Assembly: GCA_964057225.1 (NCBI GenBank)
Contig: CAXKVF010000084.1
Location: forward strand, 186,001-250,000
Direction: 5' to 3'
Source of the DNA: Auanema rhodensis
Lineage: Eukaryota; Animalia; Nematoda
DNA: 64,000 nt
Shown: positions 13,905-28,687 of the stretch, one piece after another
How positions within the stretch are numbered: the stretch's first letter is position 1
Layout: every line of letters begins with the position of its first letter
The notes under the pieces: generated by a model
Databases searched by the model: none
What the model saw: the letters and a program-made list of their open reading frames with translations, nothing else
What the model was told of the DNA's origin: nothing
Translations under genes and position numbers: made by a program

Positions 13905-16720
13905 CACATCACGTGTACATTTAATTAGCATAAATTAAAGTTCACGTAAATTTCAAAGTCATGGTTACCATGAACCAATATCAATAAAAATTTGTTTTTA
14001 GACTAATATGGACATGGGGAATCTAATTTTGGAAACCGCATCTCTTTATCTTTCACGTGAAGAGAGTTACATACCAAGTGCACATCACGTGTACATTTAA
14101 TTAGCATAAATTAAAGTTCACGTAAATTTCAAAGTCATGGTTACCATGAAGCAATATCAATAAAAATTTGTTTTTAGACTAATATGGACATGGGGAATCT
14201 AATTTTGAAAACCGCATCTCTTTATCTTTCACGTGAAGCGAGTTACATACCAAGTGCACATCACGTGTACATTTAATTAGCATAAATTAAAGTTCACGTA
14301 AATTTCAAAGTCATGGTTACCATGAACCAATATCAATAAAAATTTGTTTTTGGACTAATATGGACATGGGGAATCTAATTTTGGAAACCGCATCTCTTTA
14401 TCTTTCACGTGAAGCGAGTTACATACCAAGTGCACATCACGTGTACATTTAATTAGCATAAATTAAAGTTCACGTAAATTTCAAAGTCATGGTTACCATG
14501 AACCAATATCAATAAAAATTTGTTTTTAGACTAATATGGACATGGGGAATCTAATTTTGAAAACCGCATCTCTTTATCTTTCACGTGAAGCGAGTTACAT
14601 ACCAAGTGCACATCACGTGTACATTTAATTAGCATAAATTAAAGTTCACGTAAATTTCAAAGTCATGGTTACCATGAACCAATATCAATAAAAATTTGTT
14701 TTTGGACTAATATGGACATGGGGAATCTAATTTTGGAAACCGCATCTCTTTATCTTTCACGTGAAGCGAGTTACATACCAAGTGCACATCACGTGTACAT
14801 TTAATTAGCATAAATTAAAGTTCACGTAAATTTCAAAGTCATGGTTACCATGAAGCAATATCAATAAAAATTTGTTTTTAGACTAATATGGACATGGGGA
14901 ATCTAATTTTGAAAACCGCATCTCTTTATCTTTCACGTGAAGCGAGTTACATACCAAGTGCACATCACGTGTACATTTAATTAGCATAAATTAAAGTTCA
15001 CGTAAATTTCAAAGTCATGGTTACCATGAACCAATATCAATAAAAATTTGTTTTTGGACTAATATGGACATGGGGAATCTAATTTTGGAAACCGCATCTC
15101 TTTATCTTTCACGTGAAGCGAGTTACATACCAAGTGCACATCACGTGTACATTTAATTAGCATAAATTAAAGTTCACGTAAATTTCAAAGTCATGGTTAC
15201 CATGAACCAATATCAATAAAAATTTATTTTTAGACTAATATGGACATGGGGAATCTAATTTTGAAAACCGCATCTCTTTATCTTTCACGTGAAGCGAGTT
15301 ACATACCAAGTGCACATCACGTGTACATTTAATTAGCATAAATTAAAGTTCACGTAAATTTCAAAGTCATGGTTACCATGAACCAATATCAATAAAAATT
15401 TGTTTTTAGACTAATATGGACATGGGGAATCTAATTTTGGAAACCGCATCTCTTTATCTTTCACGTGAAGCGAGTTACATACCAAGTGCACATCACGTGT
15501 ACATTTAATTAGCATAAATTAAAGTTCACGTAAATTTCAAAGTCATGGTTACCATGAAGCAATATCAATAAAAATTTGTTTTTAGACTAATATGGACATG
15601 GGGAATCTAATTTTGAAAACCGCATCTCTTTATCTTTCACGTGAAGCGAGTTACATACCAAGTGCACATCACGTGTACATTTAATTAGCATAAATTAAAG
15701 TTCACGTAAATTTCAAAGTCATGGTTACCATGAACCAATATCAATAAAAATTTGTTTTTGGACTAATATGGACATGGGGAATCTAATTTTGGAAACCGCA
15801 TCTCTTTATCTTTCACGTGAAGCGAGTTACATACCAAGTGCACATCACGTGTACATTTAATTAGCATAAATTAAAGTTCACGTAAATTTCAAAGTCATGG
15901 TTACCATGAACCAATATCAATAAAAATTTGTTTTTAGACTAATATGGACATGGGGAATCTAATTTTGAAAACCGCATCTCTTTATCTTTCACGTGAAGCG
16001 AGTTACATACCAAGTGCACATCACGTGTACATTTAATTAGCATAAATTAAAGTTCACGTAAATTTCAAAGTCATGGTTACCATGAACCAATATCAATAAA
16101 AATTTGTTTTTGGACTAATATGGACATGAGGAATCTAATTTTGGAAACCGCATCTCTTTATCTTTCACGTGAAGCGAGTTACATACCAAGTGCACATCAC
16201 GTGTACATTTAATTAGCATAAATTAAAGTTCACGTAAATTTCAAAGTCATGGTTACCATGAACCAATATCAATAAAAATTTGTTTTTAGACTAATATGGA
16301 CATGGGGAATCTAATTTTGAAAACCGCATCTCTTTATCTTTCACGTGAAGCGAGTTACATACCAAGTGCACATCACGTGTACATTTAATTAGCATAAATT
16401 AAAGTTCACGTAAATTTCAAAGTCATGGTTACCATGAACCAATATCAATAAAAATTTGTTTTTGGACTAATATGGACATGGGGAATCTAATTTTGGAAAC
16501 CGCATCTCTTTATCTTTCACGTGAAGCGAGTTACATACCAAGTGCACATCACGTGTACATTTAATTAGCATAAATTAAAGTTCACGTAAATTTCAAAGTC
16601 ATGGTTACCATGAACCAATATCAATAAAAATTTGTTTTTAGACTAATATGGACATGGGGAATCTAATTTTGAAAACCGCATCTCTTTATCTTTCACGTGA
16701 AGCGAGTTACATACCAAGTG
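13905..16720 (+). repeat. Dimeric (352-bp) higher-order repeat, 8 units
   Basis: The TTTTGGAAACC variant occurs in every second monomer (starts 13905, 14257, 14609, 14961, 15313, 15665, 16017, 16369). Six of these also carry TTTTTGGACT. Confidence 0.88.
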
Positions 16721-17952
16721 CACATCACGTGTACATTTAATTAGCATAAATTAAAGTTCACGTAAATTTCAAAGTCATGGTTACCATGCACCAATATCAA
16801 TAAAAATTTGTTTTTAGACTAATATGGACATGGGGAATCTAATTTTGAAAACCGCATCTCTTTATCTTTCACGTGAAGCGAGTTACATACCAAGTGCACA
16901 TCACGTGTACATTTAATTAGCATAAATTAAAGTTCACGTAAATTTCAAAGTCATGGTTACCATGAACCAATATCAATAAAAATTTGTTTTTAGACTAATA
17001 TGGACATGGGGAATCTAATTTTGGAAACCGCATCTCTTTATCTTTCACGTGAAGCGAGTTACATACCAAGTGCACATCACGTGTACATTTAATTAGCATA
17101 AATTAAAGTTCACGTAAATTTCAAAGTCATGGTTACCATGAACCAATATCAATAAAAATTTGTTTTTAGACTAATATGGACATGCGGAATCTAATTTTGA
17201 AAACCGCATCTCTTTATCTTTCACGTGAAGCGAGTAACATACCAAGTGCACATCACGTGTACATTTAATTAGCATAAATTAAAGTTCACGTAAATTTCAA
17301 AGTCATGGTTACCATGAAGCAATATCAATAAAAATTTGTTTTTAGACTAATATGGACATGGGGAATCTAATTTTGAAAACCGCATCTCTTTATCTTTCAC
17401 GTGAAGCGAGTTACATACCAAGTGCACATCACGTGTACATTTGATTAGCATAAATTAAAGTTCACGTAAATTTCAAAGTCATGGTTACCATGAACCAATA
17501 TCAATAAAAATTTGTTTTTAGACTAATATGGACATGGGGAATCTAATTTTGAAAACCGCATCTCTTTATCTTTCACGTGAAGCGAGTTACATACCAAGTG
17601 CACATCACGTGTACATTTAATTAGCATAAATTAAAGTTCACGTAAATTTCAAAGTCATGGTTACCATGCACCAATATCAATAAAAATTTGTTTTTAGACT
17701 AATATGGACATGGGGAATCTAATTTTGAAAACCGCATCTCTTTATCTTTCACGTGAAGCGAGTTACATACCAAGTGCACATCACGTGTACATTTAATTAG
17801 CATAAATTAAAGTTCACGTAACTTTCAAAGTCATGGTTACCATGCACCAATATCAATAAAAATTTGTTTTTAGACTAATATTGACATGGGGAATCTAATT
17901 TTGAAAACCGCATCTCTTTATCTTTCACGTGAAGCGAGTTACATACCAAGTG

Positions 17953-19008
17953 CACATCACGTGTACATTTAATTAGCATAAATTAAAGTTCACGTAAATT
18001 TCAAAGTCATGGTTACCATGCTTCAATATCAATAAAAATTTGTTTTTAGACTAATATGGACATGGGGAATCTAATTTTGAAAACCGCATCTCTTCATCTT
18101 TCACGTGAAGCGAGTTACATACCAAGTGCACATCACGTGTACATTTAATTAGCATAAATTAAAGTTCACGTAAATTTCAAAGTCATGGTTACCATGCACC
18201 AATATCAATAAAAATTTGTTTTTAGACTAATATGGACATGGGGAATCTAATTTTGAAAACCGCATCTCTTTATCTTTCACGTGAAGCGAGTTACATACCA
18301 AGTGCACATCACGTGTACATTTAATTAGCATAAATTAAAGTTCACGTAAATTTCAAAGTCATGGTTACCATGAACCAATATCAATAAAAATTTGTATTTA
18401 GACTAATATGGACATGGGGAATCTAATTTTGAAAACCGCATCTCTTTATCTTTCACGTGAAGCGAGTTACATACCAAGTGCACATCACGTGTACATTTAA
18501 TTAGCATAAATTAAAGTTCACGTAAATTTCAAAGTCATGGTTACCATGCTTCAATATCAATAAAAATTTGTTTTTAGACTAATATGGACATGGGGAATCT
18601 AATTTTGAAAACCGCATCTCTTCATCTTTCACGTGAAGCGAGTTACATACCAAGTGCACATCACGTGTACATTTAATTAGCATAAATTAAAGTTCACGTA
18701 AATTTCAAAGTCATGGTTACCATGCACCAATATCAATAAAAATTTGTTTTTAGACTAATATGGACATGGGGAATCTAATTTTGAAAACCGCATCTCTTTA
18801 TCTTTCACGTGAAGCGAGTTACATACCAAGTGCACATCACGTGTACATTTAATTAGCATAAATTAAAGTTCACGTAAATTTCAAAGTCATGGTTACCATG
18901 AACCAATATCAATAAAAATTTGTATTTAGACTAATATGGACATGGGGAATCTAATTTTGAAAACCGCATCTCTTTATCTTTCACGTGAAGCGAGTTACAT
19001 ACCAAGTG
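17953..19008 (+). repeat. Tandem duplication of 3 monomers (2 x 528 bp)
   Basis: The series CTTC+CTTCATC / CACC / TTGTATTTA occurs at 17953-18480 and 18481-19008. Confidence 0.92.
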
Positions 19009-22000
19009 CACATCACGTGTACATTTAATTAGCATAAATTAAAGTTCACGTAACTTTCAAAGTCATGGTTACCATGCACCAATATCAATAAAAATTTGTT
19101 TTTAGACTAATATGGACATGGGGAATCTAATTTTGAAAACCGCATCTCTTTATCTTTCACGTGAAGCGAGTTACATACCAAGTGCACATCACGTGTACAT
19201 TTAATTAGCATAAATTAAAGTTCACGTAAATTTCAAAGTCATGGTTACCATGAACCAATATCAATAAAAATTTGTTTTTAGACTAATATGGACATGGGGA
19301 ATCTAATTTTGAAAACCGCATCTCTTTATCTTTCACGTGAAGCGAGTTACATACCAAGTGCACATCACGTGTACATTTAATTAGCATAAATTAAAGTTCA
19401 CGTAAATTTCAAAGTCATAGTTACCATGCACCAATATCAATAAAAATTTGTTTTTAGACTAATATGGACATGGGGAATCTAATTTTGAAAACCGCATCTC
19501 TTTATCTTTCACGTGAAGCGAGTTACATACCAAGTGCACATCACGTGTACATTTAATTAGCATAAATTAAAGTTCACGTAAATTTCAAAGTCATGGTTAC
19601 CATGCACCAATATCAATAAAAATTTGTTTTTAGACTAATATGGACATGGGGAATCTAATTTTGAAAACCGCATCTCTTTATCTTTCACGTGAAGCGAGTT
19701 ACATACCAAGTGCACATCACGTGTACATTTAATTAGCATAAATTAAAGTTCACGTAAATTTCAAAGTCATGGTTACCATGCACCAATATCAATAAAAATT
19801 TGTTTTTAGACTAATATGGACATGGGGAATCTAATTTTGAAAACCGCATCATTTATCTTTCACGTGAAGCGAGTTACATACCAAGTGCACATCACGTGTA
19901 CATTTAATTAGCATAAATTAAAGTTCACGTAAATTTCAAAGTCATGGTTACCATGCACCAATATCAATAAAAATTTGTTTTTAGACTAATATGGACATGG
20001 GGAATCTAATTTTGAAAACCGCATCTCTTCATCTTTCACGTGAAGCGAGTTACATACCAAGTGCACATCACGTGTACATTTAATTAGCATAAATTAAAGT
20101 TCACGTAAAATTCAAAGTCATGGTTACCATGCACCAATATCAATAAAAATTTGTTTTTAGACTAATATGGACATGGGGAATCTAATTTTGAAAACCGCAT
20201 CTCTTTATCTTTCACGTGAAGCGAGTTACATACCAAGTGCACATCACGTGTACATTTAATTAGCATAAATTAAAGTTCACGTAAATTTCAAAGTCATGGT
20301 TACCATGAACCAATATCAATAAAAATTTGTTTTTAGACTAATATGGACATGGAGAATCTAATTTTGAAAACCGCATCTTTTTATCTTTCACGTGAAGCGA
20401 GTTACATACCAATTGCACATCACGTGTACATTTAATTAGCATAAATTAAAGTTCACGTAACTTTCAAAGTCATGGTTACCATGCACCAATATCAATAAAA
20501 ATTTGTTTTTAGACTAATATGGACATGGGGAATCTAATTTTAAAAACCGCATCTCTTTATCTTTCACGTGAAGCGAGTTACATACCAAGTGCACATCACG
20601 TGTACATTTAATTAGCATAAATTAAAGTTCACGTAAATTTCAAAGTCATGGTTACCATGCACCAATATCAATAAAAATTTGTTTTTAGACTAATATGGAC
20701 ATGGGGAATCTAATTTTGAAAACCGCATCTCTTCATCTTTCACGTGAAGCGAGTTACATACCAAGTGCACATCACGTGTACATTTAATAAGCATAAATTA
20801 AAGTTCACGTAAATTTCAAAGTCATGGTTACCATGAAGCAATATCAATAAAAATTTGTTTTTAGACTAATATGGACATGGGGAATCTAATTTTGAAAACC
20901 GCATCTCTTTATCTTTCACGTGAAGCGAGTTACATACCAAGTGCACATCACGTGTACATTTAATTAGCATAAATTAAAGTTCACGTAAATTTCAAAGTCA
21001 TGGTTACCATGCACCAATATCAATAAAAATTTGTTTTTAGTTTAATATGGACATGGGGAATCTAATTTTGAAAACCGCATCTCTTCATCTTTCACGTGAA
21101 GCGAGTTACATACCAAGTGCACATCACGTGTACATTTAATTAGCATAAATTAAAGTTCACGTAAATTTCAAAGTCATGGTTACCATGCACCAATATCAAT
21201 AAAAATTTGTTTTTAGACTAATATGGACATGGGGAATCTAATTTTGAAAACCGCATCTCTTCATCTTTCACGTGAAGCGAGTTACATACCAAGTGCACAT
21301 CACGTGTACATTTAATTAGCATAAATTAAAGTTCACGTAAAATTCAAAGTCATGGTTACCATGCACCAATATCAATAAAAATTTGTTTTTAGACTAATAT
21401 GGACATGGGGAATCTAATTTTAAAAACCGCATCTCTTTATCTTTCACGTGAAGCGAGTTACATACCAAGTGCACATCACGTGTACATTTAATTAGCATAA
21501 ATTAAAGTTCACGTAAATTTCAAAGTCATGGTTACCATGCACCAATATCAATAAAAATTTGTTTTTAGTTTAATATGGACATGGGGAATCTAATTTTGAA
21601 AACCGCATCTCTTCATCTTTCACGTGAAGCGAGTTACATACCAAGTGCACATCACGTGTACATTTAATAAGCATAAATTAAAGTTCACGTAAATTTCAAA
21701 GTCATGGTTACCATGAAGCAATATCAATAAAAATTTGTTTTTAGACTAATATGGACATGGGGAATCTAATTTTGAAAACCGCATCTCTTTATCTTTCACG
21801 TGAAGCGAGTTACATACCAAGTGCACATCACGTGTACATTTAATTAGCATAAATTAAAGTTCACGTAAATTTCAAAGTCATGGTTACCATGCACCAATAT
21901 CAATAAAAATTTGTTTTTAGTTTAATATGGACATGGGGAATCTAATTTTGAAAACCGCATCTCTTCATCTTTCACGTGAAGCGAGTTACATACCAAGTGC

Positions 22001-25000
22001 ACATCACGTGTACATTTAATTAGCATAAATTAAAGTTCACGTAAATTTCAAAGTCATGGTTACCATGCACCAATATCAATAAAAATTTGTTTTTAGTTTA
22101 ATATGGACATGGGGAATCTAATTTTGAAAACCTCATCTCTTTATCTTTCACGTGAAGCGAGTTACATACCAAGTGCACATCACGTGTACATTTAATTAGC
22201 ATAAATTAAAGTTCACGTAAATTTCAAAGTCATGGTTACCATGAACCAATATCAATAAAAATTTGTTTTTAGACTAATATGGACATGGGGAATCTAATTT
22301 TGAAAACCGCATCTCTTTATCTTTCACGTGAAGCGAGTTACATACCAAGTGCACATCACGTGTACATTTAATTAGCATAAATTAAAGTTCACGTAAATTT
22401 CAAAGTCATGGTTACCATGAACCAATATCAATAAAAATTTGTTTTTAGACTAATATGGACATGGGGAATCTAATTTTGAAAACCGCATCTCTTCATCTTT
22501 CACGTGAAGCGAGTTACATACCAAGTGCACATCACGTGTACATTTAATTAGCATAAATTAAAGTTCACGTAAATTTCAAAGTCATGGTTACCATGAAGCA
22601 ATATCAATAAAAATTTGTTTTTAGACTAATATGGACATGGGGAATCTAATTTTGAAAACCGCATCTCTTTATCTTTCACGTGAAGCGAGTTACATACCAA
22701 GTGCACATCACGTGTACATTTAATTAGCATAAATTAAAGTTCACGTAAATTTCAAAGTCATGGTTACCATGAAGCAATATCAATAAAAATTTGTTTTTAG
22801 ACTAATATGGACATGGGGAATCTAATTTTGAAAACCGCATCTCTTTATCTTTCACGTGAAGCGAGTTACATACCAAGTGCACATCACGTGTACATTTAAT
22901 TAGCATAAATTAAAGTTCACGTAAATTTCAAAGTCATGGTTACCATGCACCAATATCAATAAAAATTTGTTTTTAGTTTAATATGGACATGGGGAATCTA
23001 ATTTTGAAAACCGCATCTCTTCATCTTTCACGTGAAGCGAGTTACATACCAAGTGCACATCACGTGTACATTTAATTAGCATAAATTAAAGTTCACGTAA
23101 ATTTCAAAGTCATGGTTACCATGCACCAATATCAATAAAAATTTGTTTTTAGACTAATATGGACATGGGGAATCTAATTTTGAAAACCGCATCTCTTCAT
23201 CTTTCACGTGAAGCGAGTTACATACCAAGTGCACATCACGTGTACATTTAATTAGCATAAATTAAAGTTCACGTAAATTTCAAAGTCATGGTTACCATGC
23301 ACCAATATCAATAAAAATTTGTTTTTAGACTAATATGGACATGGGGAATCTAATTTTGAAAACCGCATCTCTTCATCTTTCACGTGAAGCGAGTTACATA
23401 CCAAGTGCACATCACGTGTACATTTAATTAGCATAAATTAAAGTTCACGTAAATTTCAAAGTCATGGTTACCATGCACCAATATCAATAAAAATTTGTTT
23501 TTAGACTAATATGGACATGGGGAATCTAATTTTGAAAACCGCATCTCTTTATCTTTCACGTGAAGCGAGTTACATACCAAGTGCACATCACGTGTACATT
23601 TAATTAGCATAAATTAAAGTTCACGTAAATTTCAAAGTCATGGTTACCATGAACCAATATCAATAAAAATTTGTTTTTAGACTAATATGGACATGGGGAA
23701 TATAATTTTGAAAACCGCATCTCTTTATCTTTCACGTGAAGCGAGTTACATACCAAGTGCACATCACGTGTACATTTAATTAGCATAAATTAAAGTTCAC
23801 GTAAATTTCAAAGTCATGGTTACCATGAACCAATATCAATAAAAATTTGTTTTTAGACTAATATGGACATGGGGAATATAATTTTGAAAACCGCATCTCT
23901 TTATCTTTCACGTGAAGCGAGTTACATACCAAGTGCACATCACGTGTACATTTAATTAGCATAAATTAAAGTTCACGTAAATTTCAAAGTCATGGTTACC
24001 ATGCACCAATATCAATAAAAATTTGTTTTTAGACTAATATGGACATGGGGAATCTAATTTTGAAAACCGCATCTCTTTATCTTTCACGTGAAGCGAGTTA
24101 CATACCAAGTGCACATCACGTGTACATTTAATTAGCATAAATTAAAGTTCACGTAAATTTCAAAGTCATGGTTACCATGAACCAATATCAATAAAAATTT
24201 GTTTTTAGACTAATATGGACATGGGGAATATAATTTTGAAAACCGCATCTCTTTATCTTTCACGTGAAGCGAGTTACATACCAAGTGCACATCACGTGTA
24301 CATTTAATTAGCATAAATTAAAGTTCACGTAAATTTCAAAGTCATGGTTACCATGAACCAATATCAATAAAAATTTGTTTTTAGACTAATATGGACATGG
24401 GGAATATAATTTTGAAAACCGCATCTCTTTATCTTTCACGTGAAGCGAGTTACATACCAAGTGCACATCACGTGTACATTTAATTAGCATAAATTAAAGT
24501 TCACGTAAATTTCAAAGTCATGGTTACCATGAACCAATATCAATAAAAATTTGTTTTTAGACTAATATGGACATGGGGAATCTAATTTTGAAAACCGCAT
24601 CTCTTTATCTTCCACGTGAAGCGAGTTACATACCAAGTGCACATCACGTGTACATTTAATTAGCATAAATTAAAGTTCACGTAAATTTCAAAGTCATGGT
24701 TACCATGCACCAATATCAATAAAAATTTGTTTTTAGACTAATATGGACATGGGGAATCTAATTTTGAAAACCGCATCTCTTTATCTTTCACGTGAAGCGA
24801 GTTACATACCAAGTGCACATCACGTGTACATTTAATTAGCATAAATTAAAGTTCACGTAAATTTCAAAGTCATGGTTACCATGAACCAATATCAACAAAA
24901 ATTTGTTTTTAGACTAATATGGACATGGGGAATCTAATTTTGAAAACCGCATCTCTTTATCTTTCACGTGAAGCGAGTTACATACCAAGTGCACATCACG

Positions 25001-28000
25001 TGTACATTTAATTAGCATAAATTAAAGTTCACGTAAATTTCAAAGTCATGGTTACCATGAAGCAATATCAATAAAAATTTGTTTTTAGACTAATATGGAC
25101 ATGGGGAATCTAATTTTGAAAACCGCATCTCTTTATCTTTCACGTGAAGCGAGTTACATACCAAGTGCACATCACGTGTACATTTAATTAGCATAAATTA
25201 AAGTTCACGTAAATTTCAAAGTCATGGTTACCATGAACCAATATCAATAAAAATTTGTTTTTAGACTAATATGGACATGGGGAATCTAATTTTGAAAACC
25301 GCATCTCTTTATCTTCCACGTGAAGCGAGTTACATACCAAGTGCACATCACGTGTACATTTAATTAGCATAAATTAAAGTTCACGTAAATTTCAAAGTCA
25401 TGGTTACCATGCACCAATATCAATAAAAATTTGTTTTTAGACTAATATGGACATGGGGAATCTAATTTTGAAAACCGCATCTCTTTATCTTTCACGTGAA
25501 GCGAGTTACATACCAAGTGCACATCACGTGTACATTTAATTAGCATAAATTAAAGTTCACGTAAATTTCAAAGTCATGGTTACCATGAACCAATATCGAT
25601 AAAAATTTGTTTTTAGACTAATATGGACATGGGGAATCTAATTTTGAAAACCGCATCTCTTTATCTTTCACGTGAAGCGAGTTACATACCAAGTGCACAT
25701 CACGTGTACATTTAATTAGCATAAATTAAAGTTCACGTAAATTTCAAAGTCATGGTTACCATGAAGCAATATCAATAAAAATTTGTTTTTAGACTAATAT
25801 GGACATGGGGAATCTAATTTTGAAAACCGCATCTCTTTATCTTTCACGTGAAGCGAGTTACATACCAAGTGCACATCACGTGTACATTTAATTAGCATAA
25901 ATTAAAGTTCACGTAAATTTCAAAGTCATGGTTACCATGCACCAATATCAATAAAAATTTGTTTTTAGACTAATATGGACATGGGGAATCTAATTTTGAA
26001 AACCGCATCTCTTTATCTTTCACGTGAAGCGAGTTACATACCAAGTGCACATCACGTTTACATTTAATTAGCATAAATTAAAGTTCACGTAAATTTCAAA
26101 GTCATGGTTACCATGCACCAATATCAATAAAAATTTGTTTTTAGACTAATATGGACATGGGGAATCTAATTTTGAAAACCGCATCTCTTTATCTTTCACG
26201 TGAAGCGAGTTACATACCAAGTGCACATCACGTGTACATTTAATTAGCATAAATTAAAGTTCACGTAAATTTCAAAGTCATGGTTACCATGCACCAATAT
26301 CAATAAAAATTTGTTTTTAGACTAATATGGACATGGGGAATCTAATTTTGAAAACCGCATCTCTTTATCTTTCACGTGAAGCGAGTTACATACCAAGTGC
26401 ACATCACGTGTACATTTAATTAGCATAAATTAAAGTTCACGTAAATTTCAAAGTCATGGTTACCATGCACCAATATCAATAAAAATTTGTTTTTAGACTA
26501 ATATGGACATGGGGAATCTAATTTTGAAAACCGCATCTCTTCATCTTTCACGTGAAGCGAGTTACATACCGAGTGCACATCACGTGTACATTTAATTAGC
26601 ATAAATTAAAGTTCACGTAAATTTCAAAGTCATGGTTACCATGCACCAATATCAATAAAAATTTGTTTTTAGACTAATATGGACATGGGGAATCTAATTT
26701 TGAAAACCGCATCTCTTTATCTTTCACGTGAAGCGAGTTACATACCAAGTGCACATCACGTGTACATTTAATTAGCATAAATTAAAGTTCACGTAAATTT
26801 CAAAGTCATGGTTACCATGCACCAATATCAATAAAAATTTGTTTTTAGACTAATATGGACATGGGGAATCTAATTTTGAAAACCGCATCTCTTTATCTTT
26901 CACGTGAAGCGAGTTACATACCAAGTGCACATCACGTGTACATTTAATTAGCATAAATTAAAGTTCACGTAAATTTCAAAGTCATGGTTACCATGAACCA
27001 ATATCAATAAAAATTTGTTTTTAGACTAATATGGACATGGGGAATCTAATTTTGAAAACCGCATCTCTTTATCTTTCACGTGAAGCGAGTTACATACCAA
27101 GTGCACATCACGTGTACATTTAATTAGCATAAATTAAAGTTCACGTAAATTTCAAAGTCATGGTTACCATGCACCAATATCAATAAAAATTTGTTTTTAA
27201 ACTAATATGGACATGGGGAATCTAATTTTGAAAACCGCATCTCTTTATCTTTCACGTGAAGCGAGTTACATACCAAGTGCACATCACGTGTACATTTAAT
27301 TAGCATAAATTAAAGTTCACGTAAATTTCAAAGTCATGGTTACCATGCACCAATATCAATAAAAATTTGTTTTTAGACTAATATGGACATGGGGAATCTA
27401 ATTTTGAAAACCGCATCTCTTTATCTTTCACATGAAGCGAGTTACATACCAAGTGCACATCACGTGTACATTTAATTAGCATAAATTAAAGTTCACGTAA
27501 ATTTCAAAGTCATGGTTACCATGCACCAATATCAATAAAAATTTGTTTTTAGACTAATATGGACATGGGGAATCTAATTTTGAAAACCGCATCTCTTTAT
27601 CTTTCACGTGAAGCGAGTTACATACCAAGTGCACATCACGTGTACATTTAATTAGCATAAATTAAAGTTCACGTAAATTTCAAAGTCATGGTTACCATGC
27701 ACCAATATCAATAAAAATTTGTTTTTAGACTAATATGGACATGGGGAATCTAATTTTGAAAACCGCATCTCTTCATCTTTCACGTGAAGCGAGTTACATA
27801 CCAAGTGCACATCACGTGTACATTTAATTAGCATAAATTAAAGTTCACGTAAATTTCAAAGTCATGGTTACCATGCACCAATATCAATAAAAATTTGTTT
27901 TTAGACTAATATGGACATGGGGAATCTAATTTTGAAAACCGCATCTCTTTATCTTTCACGTGAAGCGAGTTACATACCAAGTGCACATCACGTGTACATT

Positions 28001-28687
28001 TAATTAGCATAAATTAAAGTTCACGTAAATTTCAAAGTCATGGTTACCATGCACCAATATCAATAAAAATTTGTTTTTAGACTAATATGGACATGGGGAA
28101 TCTAATTTTGAAAACCGCATCTCTTTATCTTTCACGTGAAGCGAGTTACATACCAAGTGCACATCACGTGTACATTTAATTAGCATAAATTAAAGTTCAC
28201 GTAAATTTCAAAGTCATGGTTACCATGCACCAATATCAATAAAAATTTGTTTTTAGACTAATATGGACATGGGGAATCTAATTTTGAAAACCGCATCTCT
28301 TTATCTTTCACGTGAAGCGAGTTACATACCAAGTGCACATCACGTGTACATTTAATTAGCATAAATTAAAGTTCACGTAAATTTCAAAGTCATAGTTACC
28401 ATGAACCAATATCAATAAAAATTTGTTTTTAGACTAATATGGACATGGGGAATCTAATTTTGAAAACCGCATCTCTTTATCTTTCACGTGAAGCGAGTTA
28501 CATACCAAGTGCACATCACGTGTACATTTAATTAGCATAAATTAAAGTTCACGTAAATTTCAAAGTCATGGTTACCATGCACCAATATCAATAAAAATTT
28601 GTTTTTAAACTAATATGGACATGGGGAATCTAATTTTGAAAACCGCATCTCTTTATCTTTCACGTGAAGCGAGTTACATACCAAGTG

